From Candidatus Marinacidobacterales bacterium (GTDB lineage: Bacteria > Acidobacteriota > Vicinamibacteria > Marinacidobacterales > SMYC01): a DNA stretch of 64,000 nucleotides. The notes beneath the pieces were generated by a model. That model had not been told where the DNA came from. It saw only the letters and a program-made list of their open reading frames with translations, and ran no database searches. Shown in pieces: positions 34,512 to 44,157 of the stretch. How positions within the stretch are numbered: the stretch's first letter is position 1; each line of letters opens with the position of its first letter. Made by a program: the position numbers and the translations under genes. The stretch spans positions 3,648,001-3,712,000 of the forward strand of contig OZ250169.1 of the NCBI GenBank assembly GCA_965237955.1, in the 5' to 3' direction.

Positions 34512-34736
34512 GCTCTACATTTCCCAGCTTATGTGGAGCGTACGGTTATGGGGAGTCCCACCGTTAGCGTCATACGTTCGGGCCGGTTGTCGGAATATGT
34601 ACGCGGTTAGGGGCAGGAGTACTCCCCATAAATAGTATAGCGCTGCGCATGTCATCCTCTAGTAGGACAGGAGGAAAGCATGCTAGACAAGTACTTCCGA
34701 TCACCGTTCACGTTGGAACAATTACGAAATGGACCC
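34512..34736 (+). mobile_element. Probable RIT (recombinase-in-trio) left-end relic
   Basis: Inverted arms GCTCTACAT-N10-ATGTGGAGC; IR pair TTATGGGGAGT / ACTCCCCATAA; RBS + MLDKYFRSPFTLEQLRNGP cut at 34737. Confidence 0.5.
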
Positions 34737-36166
34737 CGTCCTGTGCCAAAACTCAGCCCTTTTGAAATAGCCGATAAATCAACAGCTTAGCGTCTGTGTT
34801 TGCGACCGTGCCAAGGGCTGTAGGCTCTACAATCGTCTTGGGCGGACGGGTCGTCACCATGCAGACGACCACCTGGTCGAGAGCGAATATCCAAGCGTGT
34901 TCCTGAAGCTGTGTTTCCACGCTACGCCGGTCGAGTCCATCGAGGGGCTACCGTCCCGACCACAATCTAGGCGGCACGGCAGTAGTAGTTGAGAATGCCC
35001 CCAAGTCGCTCTCGCGACACGATGGGGCCAGCGTCATTCGCGCTTGCCGGCAGAGGTGTGAGGAGCTCGTTGCCGAGACCTTGGTGGTTCCGTTCTGTGT
35101 GATAGTGCACTACGTATTCGGTTACCGCTGTGCGCAGGTGTCGCTCACTGAGAGGTACGAAGCGGTCGAGACACTCTCGACGTATGGAGAGAACGAATCT
35201 TTCCGCATATGCGTTCAGATTCGGACTATTAGCGGGAAGGCGAAGGGGCTTCACGCCTGAATCTCTCAACAGCCCACGTACCGCCTCGGTGAATAGCGGG
35301 TCCCGGTCGTGGATGAGGTATCGCTTGCCAAGGAGGAAACCATCCCACATGTCAGTGAGGTTTCTTGCCACCTGCTTCATCCACTCCCCGTTGGGGTCCG
35401 ACGTTATCCCACCGATGCACACGCAGCGAGTGGCGATATCGATGACAAACAGGACATGGTAGCGGACGAGCCCGAACGGGTTCACAACCTCGACGGTGAA
35501 CAGGTCTGTCGCAGCGATGGCGCCCCAATGAGCCTTGATGAAGGTGCTCCACGACATGCTCCTGCCCCGCTCCGGGGCAGGAGCGATACCGTGCTCGGCG
35601 AGGATCCTCTTGATAGTGTTGCGTCCGAGTTCATGTCCTAGGTTCTTGAGTGCGCCTCGCAGGCGCGTATATCCCCACGTCGGGTTCTCCCGCGCCACGC
35701 GCACAATGAGCTCACGGATGTCCTTCGCCGTCGGAGGCCGGCCTGGACTCCGGTTCTTGCTGCCATCGTACTTGGCTGCGATGAGGTGGCGGTACCAGCG
35801 CAGAAGCGTAGCGGGTGTGGCAACGGACGCAATCTGGGCCAGCGCCTCGCGGCCCAAAGCCTGGGCCTTGACGGCGAGCCTGCGCCGGTCGTCGTCCGAG
35901 AGCCTGAGACGCTTGCCCCGAAGCCCGGCTCGGAGCACACGGTTCTCCTCTCGCAGGTAATCAATCACATCCTGCTGCTGGCGGTTGACCCAGCCAGCCA
36001 CAACGAGCAGTAGGAATTGCACGTGGTACGTCACCATGGAGCTGAAGATAACACCCTCGGTCCAGACGATTGTAGAGCCTACAGCCCTTGGCCCGGTCGC
36101 AAAACACAGACGCTAAGCTGTTGATTTATCGGCTATTTCAAAAGGGCCGAGTTTTGGCACAGGACG
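34737..36166 (-). mobile_element. Intact 1430-bp rve/DDE IS with ~102-bp terminal inverted repeats (transposase 34967-36037)
   Basis: 34737-34838 is the reverse complement of 36064-36166 with about 3 differences. DDE motifs ATDLF, HDRD, AERF; YHTERNHQG...RLGGILNYY. Confidence 0.93.
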
Positions 36167-36275
36167 GGTTCCTGCCATCAAGGTCCCCAGAGGACTTCCT
36201 TCTTTCAAAGGGCACCTCCTAGTCACTTCCCGTTTCGCTTTCGCTCCACGGTTGACAGCGCCATGCCTGGCGCAC
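36167..36275 (-). ncRNA. 5' relic of a class IIC-type group II intron
   Basis: Minus strand starts GTGCGCCAGGCATGGCG directly after a terminator T-tract; includes GAAGTCCTCTGGGGACCTTGATGGCAGGAACC; cut by rve-IS. Confidence 0.75.
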
Positions 36276-36276
36276 C

Positions 36277-36308
36277 AAAAAAAAACGGGGCGCCAACCTG
36301 GCGCCCCG
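36277..36308 (-). terminator. Rho-independent terminator of the TonB-receptor gene
   Basis: CGGGGCGCCA-GGT-TGGCGCCCCG followed by T9. Confidence 0.9.
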
Positions 36309-38989
36309 GTTTGTGTCGTCCTTCGAGACCTAGAACTTACGCCTTCTCAACCTTAGAAACCCTGGTTAAAAATTGAAGCGTATTCCCAATCTCAAAACAC
36401 GGGGTAGTTCGATGTCCGATGGCTTCAGGAATTGGGGTATGCCGAGGAACAATGACTGATAAGCCGTAACCCGGTTGATGTTGGTTACATTGAACATATC
36501 GACGATGAGCCCCAGTCTGTAGGTGTCCCCGAACCGAAACTGCTTTTCGACTCGAAGGTCTAATTTCGTTCTGAAGTCGTGGCGAAAAGTACCCCTTGCC
36601 TGTAAAGGTATTTGGATGAGGCTCTCCACCACGATACCGGGAACACCGCCTGCCTCGGCGGTCCTGCAACCGCCACCGCCGCCGCCATCTCCTTTCGCTC
36701 CGCCGCCAGCACTACCGGAGGGGCAGAGCGGGAAGTATTGCCCCACGTAGTTTCCCTGACCCAGTCGGAGAGAGCTACTTTGTTTCTTTATCTGGTGGGT
36801 ATAACCGGACACGGCCTGGAAGAAGCCGCTCACGAGAACCTCGCCGGGGAGCGTGTAGGTCCCCTGGAGCTTGAACTGGTGGGGAGCGTCCAGGACCAGC
36901 GGGCCTATATTATGGACGATTGTCGCATTGGGGTTCCTGTATATAACGTTGGTGGACGAGGTGCCGGCGTAGTCATTGGCGATGTTGCCATAGGTTTCGC
37001 TGAGGTTGTAGGAGGCCATCAGTTGCCAGCCGTCACGAAAGCGCCTTTGCACACGAAACTCCACTCCGTCGTAGTCTCGGAAAAGCCCCCCCGTAACCGC
37101 AAAGTCGGGGTTCATAATGATAGAAGTACTGCGGTCCCCCAAGAATTCCGGCCTCAGGGCATAGATGGTGAAAGGCGTTTGGTCCCACTGGTTGAGTACC
37201 TGAATCTCGCGGTAATCATTGAACGGGTTTTCTTGGTCTCCTCTTTCCCGCACCGTAGTGGTCTCGATGATGTTTTTGTCGCGCTTGAAGCTTGCTCCCA
37301 CCGACACGACCGTGTTGTTATTCAGCTCATGCTCGACCGTGAAGTGAAACGCATCCACGTAGGAATTTGTCAAGTCGCGTTGGCGGTCCACTCGCTTCCC
37401 AAACTCGGGGTCCAGCCTTCGAGGGTCGAATCCACTCCCGATAAGCGTTCCCTGCTCACCGTCCTGGAACGTGCCGTTACCATTCAGGTCGTTCCATGCG
37501 TACGTTTCGCTTCCTCCCGAAGAGGGTGAAAGGGGACCCAAAATCCCGGTGAGCATGGACCTGTAGTGTCGCCCGTAATAGGCCTTGAGAGAAGTCCTTT
37601 TTGCCTCACCCAGCGCATACACCACACCAAGACGCGGCGCGACGGTGTTCCAGTTGACGGCGTCGCGGGTCTCCGGGAAGGTGACCTCGGGGAACCAGCG
37701 GCCGCCACCCGTAGTTGTCTCGGGGAGCCAGCCTTCCGTGTTTTCCCACCGCACTCCCAGGTTCAGGGTGAGCCGATCTCCAATCGTCCATTGGTCCTGC
37801 AAAAAGAATGCATAGCGGTTAATAGCGCTGCGTGTAACCCTCGGCAAGTTCCGAAGGGATACACGAAAGGGCACTCCGTCAAAGAGCTGTTGGTAGGTGT
37901 CCCCACCATCGGGGACAAAAAAGGACTTTTTCGAGTTAGGGCGATCCATGTAGAAGCCGGCCTTGAGCTCGTGTGAGCCAGCCGCATTCTCGCGGAAGTG
38001 CGAGACATTAGCGCCCGCTCCCCACGAACACCGGCAAGACGGATGGTCCACCTGCCGGGTTAACCCCCCAGAATACAAGCCCGTAGCGACGTCAAAAAAG
38101 CCCATTATGCGGTCCGGGTTGTTGGGTTGATCGTGAATAAACTGTTTTTCCTGCCGGTTCCACCTGAGGTCCACAATGGTATCGGTGCCGATTAGATGCG
38201 TCAAACCGAGATTCCAGATCTTCTGTTTCCGTATTTGGCTGTCCCAGGTTAGCGGGTCGGCGGCCCTACTAAAATCGGTAACGTTGGACGGAAATCTATT
38301 TTGCTGCCGAAGCGTCGCCGAGCCGAAAGCGCGGGTGTTGTCGCCTATCTGACCGGTGACCTTAAAGAAGCCCTGTCTCTGAGTGGTCTCGTCCGGCTGG
38401 GTGGGGATGAGGGGTGATAGGAAACTTTTGTCCAGGTAACGGGCATTGGCGAAGAACCAGACAGCATCTTTCTTGATCGGTCCCCCAAAAGTTCCGCCTA
38501 CGTCCGTGTCCTTTATGATACTCGATTTCGCCCCCAGTTCCCGCTCGAGCTCAGGCGTGATGTTGCTCCACTCCGTGCCTTCGCCTTGGTAGTAATAGTA
38601 CCCTGAACCGGAGAACTCGTTCCCTCCTGACTTGGTCACGAAGTTGAAAACCCCGCCATTGGAATTACCAAACTCCGCCGTTGCACCCCCGGTCGTTACC
38701 TGGACTTCCTCGATCATGTCGATCGGGATATCCGTCAAGATGTAGCCTGCCGTGGTGTCATTGGCATACGCTCCATCGATGGTGTACCGGTTGCCCCGGG
38801 CGTCGCTCCCGAGAACCGTTTGGTTCGGAGCGAAAACATACTCAGTATCCAGGACGCCCGACATCGAAACGAGGAGATCGTCATAACCTCGCCCCAGGGG
38901 GATGTTCTGGAGCCGATCCTGCTCGAGCGTCCGCATCTGCTGCGTACTCTTGACGTCAACCAGTGGCGTCTCTCCAATGTGCGTATTCC

Positions 38990-39137
38990 GGGGCATCGTG
39001 AACGCAGATTCCAGCCGAAGGTGAACATCCATTCCAAAGCATCGTGAACACGGATTCCGGGGATCGTGAACATCGATTCCGGGGAAGGTGAACACGGATT
39101 CCAGGCAACGTGAACGCCGGTTCCGGCATCGCGAACG
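38990..39137 (+). repeat. About seven ~22-bp GTGAAC..GATTCC repeats in the IS21 left end
   Basis: Read directly; multiple transposase-binding repeats are typical of IS21 ends. Confidence 0.85.
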
Positions 39138-39199
39138 CTCATCGATAGCACGTTTCAAGGCAACTCTAGGTCGTACCCGGAAGGAGGACGATCTAGGAA

Positions 39200-40756
39200 A
39201 TGGCAGCTAAGAGGTTATCGATGAGAAAAATACGAGAGGTTCTAAGGTTAAAGTACGAGCTGGGTTTTACTCACCGCATGATCGCAAAGGCACTTCGCGT
39301 GGCGGTTGGAACGGTGAGTGAGTACCTGGCCAAGGCGAAGAAGGGTGGTCTGAGCTGGCCGCTCCCGGAGGAGCTGAGCGACGGGGAGCTGGAGGCAGGG
39401 CTGTTTCCGCCGCCGGGCTCGTCTGGCGCACGGCCGGGTCTGGACTATGCCCACATCCACGAGGAGCTGAGGCGTCACCGAGAGCTGACGTTGCTGCAGC
39501 TGTGGGTGGAGTACGCGGAGAATAAGCCGGGAGCGTACGGCTACAGCCGTTATTGCGAGCTGTACGGTCAGTGGAAGAAGAAGCTGAACCCGACGATGCG
39601 TCAACGGCATCGAGCAGGCGAGAAGACATTCGTCGATTTTTCGGGGAAGAAGCCTCACATCGTCGATCCGAAAACGGGAGAGCTCGTCGAAATGGAGCTG
39701 TTCGTCGGGACGTTGGGCGCGAGCAGTTACACCTACGTCGAAGCGACACTGAACCAGTCGCTGGAATCGTGGGCGAAGGCCCATAAGGGGATGTCGGATT
39801 ACTTCGGTGGCAGTACGGAGATCTGGGTTCCGGACAACTTGAAGAGCGGCGTGGATTTGGTGGACCGTTACGAGCCAGGGATCAACCGGACGTACGAAGA
39901 GCTGGCGACGCATTACGGTGCGGTTGTGGTCCCGGCTCGGGTGTTCAAGCCGAAAGACAAAGCGAAGGTGGAGTCGGCAGTGCAGGTGGCGCAGCGCTGG
40001 ATCCTGGCGGTGCTTCGTCATCGCACGTTCTTCAGCCTGGCGGAACTGAACGAAGCCATCTGGGAGAAGTTAGAGGTCCTGAATGCGCGTCCGATGCAGA
40101 AGCTCGGTGTGAGTCGGCGGGAGTTGTACGAAAGGCTAGACCGGCCCGTACTGAAACCGCTACCGCAGGAGAGCTACGAGTTATCGACGTGGAAGCGGTG
40201 CAGAGTGAACATCGACTACCACGTGGAGGTGGAGAACAACTTGTACAGCGTTCCCTATCAGCTCATTCACGAGAAAGTCGAGGCACGGGTGACGGCCTCG
40301 GTGGTGGAGGTCCTGTTCAAGGGAAAGCGCGTCGCGTCGCATCCCCGCAAGAAAGGAAAGGGGCACTACTCCACGAACCCGGAGCATATGCCACGTTCGC
40401 ATCGGGAGCACCTGGAGTGGACGCCGTCGCGGCTGCTCCACTGGGCGGAGCAGTCAGGTCGCGCCACGGGAAGGCTGGTTGCGGGGATTCTAGAGAGTCG
40501 GCCTCACCCGGAGCAGGGATTTCGCTCTTGCCTGGGAGTCATGCGACTAGGCAGCCGCTGGGGCAGTGAGCGTCTCGAGGCCGCTTGCGCACGAGCGGAA
40601 GCTTTGAGCTCTTACAGCTATCGCACGGTGAAAAACATTCTCTCGGCTGGTCTAGATCGTGTGGTGCTCGAATCGGACGCCGAAGCGAAACCGCGAGAGG
40701 AGCACGAGAACATCCGAGGCGCGGATCACTACGAAGGAGGAGAGTCCCGATGCTGA
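39200..40756 (+). CDS. istA: IS21 transposase
   Basis: VDFSG, VPDNLK, KPKDKAKVE, YSVPY. Confidence 0.95.
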   Translation: MAAKRLSMRKIREVLRLKYELGFTHRMIAKALRVAVGTVSEYLAKAKKGGLSWPLPEELSDGELEAGLFPPPGSSGARPGLDYAHIHEELRRHRELTLLQLWVEYAENKPGAYGYSRYCELYGQWKKKLNPTMRQRHRAGEKTFVDFSGKKPHIVDPKTGELVEMELFVGTLGASSYTYVEATLNQSLESWAKAHKGMSDYFGGSTEIWVPDNLKSGVDLVDRYEPGINRTYEELATHYGAVVVPARVFKPKDKAKVESAVQVAQRWILAVLRHRTFFSLAELNEAIWEKLEVLNARPMQKLGVSRRELYERLDRPVLKPLPQESYELSTWKRCRVNIDYHVEVENNLYSVPYQLIHEKVEARVTASVVEVLFKGKRVASHPRKKGKGHYSTNPEHMPRSHREHLEWTPSRLLHWAEQSGRATGRLVAGILESRPHPEQGFRSCLGVMRLGSRWGSERLEAACARAEALSSYSYRTVKNILSAGLDRVVLESDAEAKPREEHENIRGADHYEGGESRC

Positions 40757-41508
40757 CACCCGAAACGATAGAAAAGATGAACGCCATGAAGTTGTTCGGC
40801 TTGGTGTCCGCGTTCGAAACCCAGTTGAGCTCGAGCGAATACAAGGAGCTGAGCTTCGAGGAACGTGTGGGACTCCTGGTCGATGCCGAGTGGACCGCCC
40901 GCGAACAGCGTAAGCTTTCTCGACGACTGCGAGCGGCAAAGCTCCGCTATCCGGCATGTTTGGAGAACGTGAACTTCCAAGCGCCTCGAGGCTTAAACCG
41001 CGAACAGATCTTGAGCCTGGGCAACTGCCGCTTTGTCGGTGAGCGCCATAACCTGCTCATCACCGGCCCGACGGGGATTGGCAAATCGTTCTTGGCTTGC
41101 GCCTTCGTGGAGCGGGCCTGTCGTCGCGGCTTCACCGGATGCTACGTGCGAGCACCGCGCTTGCTCCACGAGCTCGCGGTCGCTCGTGGTGATGGTTCCT
41201 ACGCCCGGCTTTTGACGAAACTCGCCAAGCTGGACTTACTGGCTATCGATGATTGGCTGCTTCACCCGCTGAAAGAATCGGAGAGACGGGATCTAATGGA
41301 GGTCATCGAAGACCGCGCCGAGCGTGGCTCCACACTCATCGCGACCCAGATTCCGCTCAAGCAGTGGCACGAAGCGATTGGCGACCCAAACCAGGCAGAC
41401 GCTATCTGCGATCGCATTCTCCACAGCGCGCACCGCATCACTCTCAAAGGAGCTTCTCTGAGAAAGACCAAGGCTGCGCCAAAGGCATTTGACAACGCCG
41501 ATGCATGA
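40750..41508 (+). CDS. istB: IS21 helper ATPase
   Basis: GPTGIGKS, LLAIDDW, DAICDRI. Confidence 0.95.
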   Translation: MLTPETIEKMNAMKLFGLVSAFETQLSSSEYKELSFEERVGLLVDAEWTAREQRKLSRRLRAAKLRYPACLENVNFQAPRGLNREQILSLGNCRFVGERHNLLITGPTGIGKSFLACAFVERACRRGFTGCYVRAPRLLHELAVARGDGSYARLLTKLAKLDLLAIDDWLLHPLKESERRDLMEVIEDRAERGSTLIATQIPLKQWHEAIGDPNQADAICDRILHSAHRITLKGASLRKTKAAPKAFDNADA

Positions 41509-42317
41509 GCGAGCGAGGGACCACAGCGTCGATGCGATAAAAACGGGTGAAACCGCCAAACCCGGGGTACCAGACGATGCGGCGCCAAAACGACGCGCGA
41601 GAATGCCTCAGGAAGCGTCTTCTCGAGCCAGGCCATACCCCAGCAACCCCCCGAAACCAGCCCCACATCGCCCGGGGTTCGGCCGCGGCAGGTCGCTGCC
41701 TACGGGAGCGGGAAGGTCGCTTCGCGTCTTTCCTTACGCCCGCTCCCTCCGGCACCGACCTGCCGCCCCTTGCTACACAACACGCAGGTAAGATAGGTTC
41801 ACGTTTTCAATCAGTGGGAAGGAGGTCACCCAACACTTCATCGCTTCGATGAGCGTTCGGCTTCACCGGATTCGCTGTTCAGCTTGCTCTGGATTCGGCG
41901 TTCACGATGGCTGGAATACGCACCAATGACGGTCACGGTCTCCTGCACCGCGGACGGGGACAGTATCGCATTGACTTCAATGACCTGCCCGGCATGCACA
42001 TTGACCTCTCTAAAGTTACGGGTTGCGAATCCCCCCAACTCCACCTGCACCGTGTATCTGGGCGAGGGCTGTAGCCTCAGAACACGGTAGGTACCCAGGT
42101 CGGTCGTGACTCGAACTTCCGACTTGATGTGATCCGGACTCGAGACCGTCACCGTAGCGCCGGGTACCGCAAGCCCTTGATCATCTGTTACCTTGCCGTA
42201 GATTTGTCCGGTGATTGTCTGCGCGAAGGCCGCCCCGCAGGCCAGTAAAAAGGGCCAGCGGCACCACCACCAAAGCGCGTAGTGGTGGCCCACCTTGAGC
42301 AATTGCTTTAAATAACA

Positions 42318-43701
42318 GGGTCTACGCGGGTTCGTGTGGGTTGAAAACGGCATTTCTGGGTAATGGCGGAAGGAATGCCGCCACGATCTTCAGCTTGAGA
42401 TATCCCTCGTCACGATAGCCGTAGGCGCGTCGTTGCAGAACACGGATTTTGTTGTTGACCCCTTCAACCAGTCCGAGACTGACTTTGTTCTCAGGATGAC
42501 AGTAGGAGGCGATACCATCCCAATGGGACTCAATCATTCCGGCGAACTTCTGGTAGGGATGCAGGCGCTGCCATTTGAGGCTGTCTTTCCAACGTGTGAA
42601 AAAGGCGCGAGCCCCGCGTTCGGTGCGGTAATCCCAGAGTTGCCCGAAGGCCTCCTTCAAAACATAGGCGGTGTTCAGGCGCCGGTTGGCCTGGAGCAAC
42701 TTCTTGAGTGCGCGGCGACCGTCCAGGCTCAGGTTCTCCCGCCGGGAAAGCAACGTGTAACGCTGCCCCTTGATATACGACCGGTCCTCGCCGCTGAGGC
42801 GTTTGTACTCACGGCGCCGGACCTCATCGAGAGCCTTTGACAGGTGACGCATGATATGAAACTTGTCGAAGATGATCCGCGCATTGGGTGCGTTGTTAAT
42901 CACCGAGTTCCGGAAGGGCTTCCACATATCCATGGCGGCCAGCTTGATACGGGCGCTTTTCTTCCCGCCCAGCGCCTTGAAGAACAAATCGATGTCGGTT
43001 TCTTTGCGACCCTCACCGCCCACCCAGATGGGACGCGCCCGCTCCAGGTCGCTGACAATGACACGATAGTTATGTCCCTTGCGGATGGAGATCTCATCGA
43101 TACCGATGGCCCGAGGCGCCGGCAGCCCCGCCCGCTCGACTTGCTCTTGCATGTAGAGCTTATCCAGGTCCTTCACCGTAGTGTGGTGCAGACGTTCCAT
43201 CTCGGCCACCGCCTTGTTCGGCATATCCCGGCACAGCTTGCCCACATGCGTCGCAAAGCGCTGGGTGTAGCGCGGGTTGTTCGCCAGCCAGTCCAAGTGT
43301 TCTACATGCACACCACCGCACCCACGACAGTTGACGCGCCAACGCTCGTATTCCAGATAGATCCGCCAGCCTGCCAACGACAGGTCGCGGACCCGGCACA
43401 CTTGCTTGTCATAGCGCCCCCGGCACCGATGCCCACAGTACGAGCACACGGCTGTTTTTTTCGCCTCTTGAGCTGGATGACGCGGGCGTATCGGTCACCG
43501 AATACACCGTTCAATCGGGCGCCAGCCACGAAACCTGGTAGCGCAAAAAGCGAGCGGATCGACTGGGGATTTTTCACTCGGTTAGCCTATCCTAAAAACG
43601 GATCACTTCTCAGCACCTGATGAAGTGCTGAATACCTTTTCCACACAATGAGTTACACTATTTCTCCGTCAGCATTCGCCCACAGATTTCCGCGTAGACC
43701 C
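42318..43701 (-). mobile_element. ISL3-family element with 8-bp TSD AAATAACA; transposase split by an A7C frameshift near 43458
   Basis: TIR GGGTCTACGCGG; IGIDE, AMDMW, FDKFH, EGVNNKI...RRAYGYR. Confidence 0.95.
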
Positions 43702-43752
43702 AAATAACATTTAGTCTACCTCCTCTGAATGTAAGACTCCTCGGCGAACACA

Positions 43753-43768
43753 TGCAAGTTGTATTCCA
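43753..43768 (-). promoter_or_regulatory. Candidate sigma-54 promoter of the TonB receptor
   Basis: TGGAATACAACTTGCA = GG-N10-GC spacing, 43 bp upstream of the ATG at 43710. Confidence 0.5.
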
Positions 43769-44157
43769 CTGCCAGCCACAGAAAAATAACACATAAGTCC
43801 ATAGAAATAAGCGTGTTAGGTGGCCGTACCCCTGCCCGATACCCTTTCCTGTTCAAAAATTTGGATGTCATCCGACCGACCGAACGGTCAGCCTGGAACC
43901 CTCGATCAGGTTAATATTCTATCTGAGAATAGCTTGGAGGGACTAGCGACTGACGAATCCGTCGTTCAGAACGATGGATCGGCGCCTTCGGGAGATTGGA
44001 TTTTGACCCAAATAGTCGGAAATCATGGTTAACCGGCGATTTTTTTGAACGCCACAAGCAAGGTGATGTGACCTCGCGGTGTGGTGTAGTATTCCGTGCG
44101 GCAACGCCCGGGGGACGCACGAAATTTACCAAAATTCAATACAGGGAGTCAGCCACG

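Larger units (their letters stand above)
38980..41922 (+). mobile_element. Complete IS21-family element with 6-bp TSD CCAATG
   Basis: Ends TGCGTATTCC / GGAATACGCA; TSD 38974-38979 and 41923-41928. Confidence 0.97.
36366..43710 (-). pseudogene. TonB-dependent receptor (Oar-like, N-terminal carboxypeptidase-regulatory-like domain) disrupted by IS21 and ISL3
   Basis: Pieces 43702-43710 (ATG, RBS AGGAGG), 41923-42317 (QTITGQIYGKVTD...VPGATVTV) and 36366-38979 (GGATAEFG...GGVFNFVTKSG; terminal LGIRFNF). There is also an apparent +1 T in a T-run near 42247. Confidence 0.92.

Noticed and set aside
38990-39137. 22-bp periodic repeats as a mini-CRISPR or iterons
   Set aside because: No unique spacers; they lie inside the IS21 left end, where such repeats are expected.
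36366-39158. 930-aa ORF as an intact TonB receptor
   Set aside because: Its first ~60 codons are IS21 end sequence; the true N-terminus lies beyond 41923.
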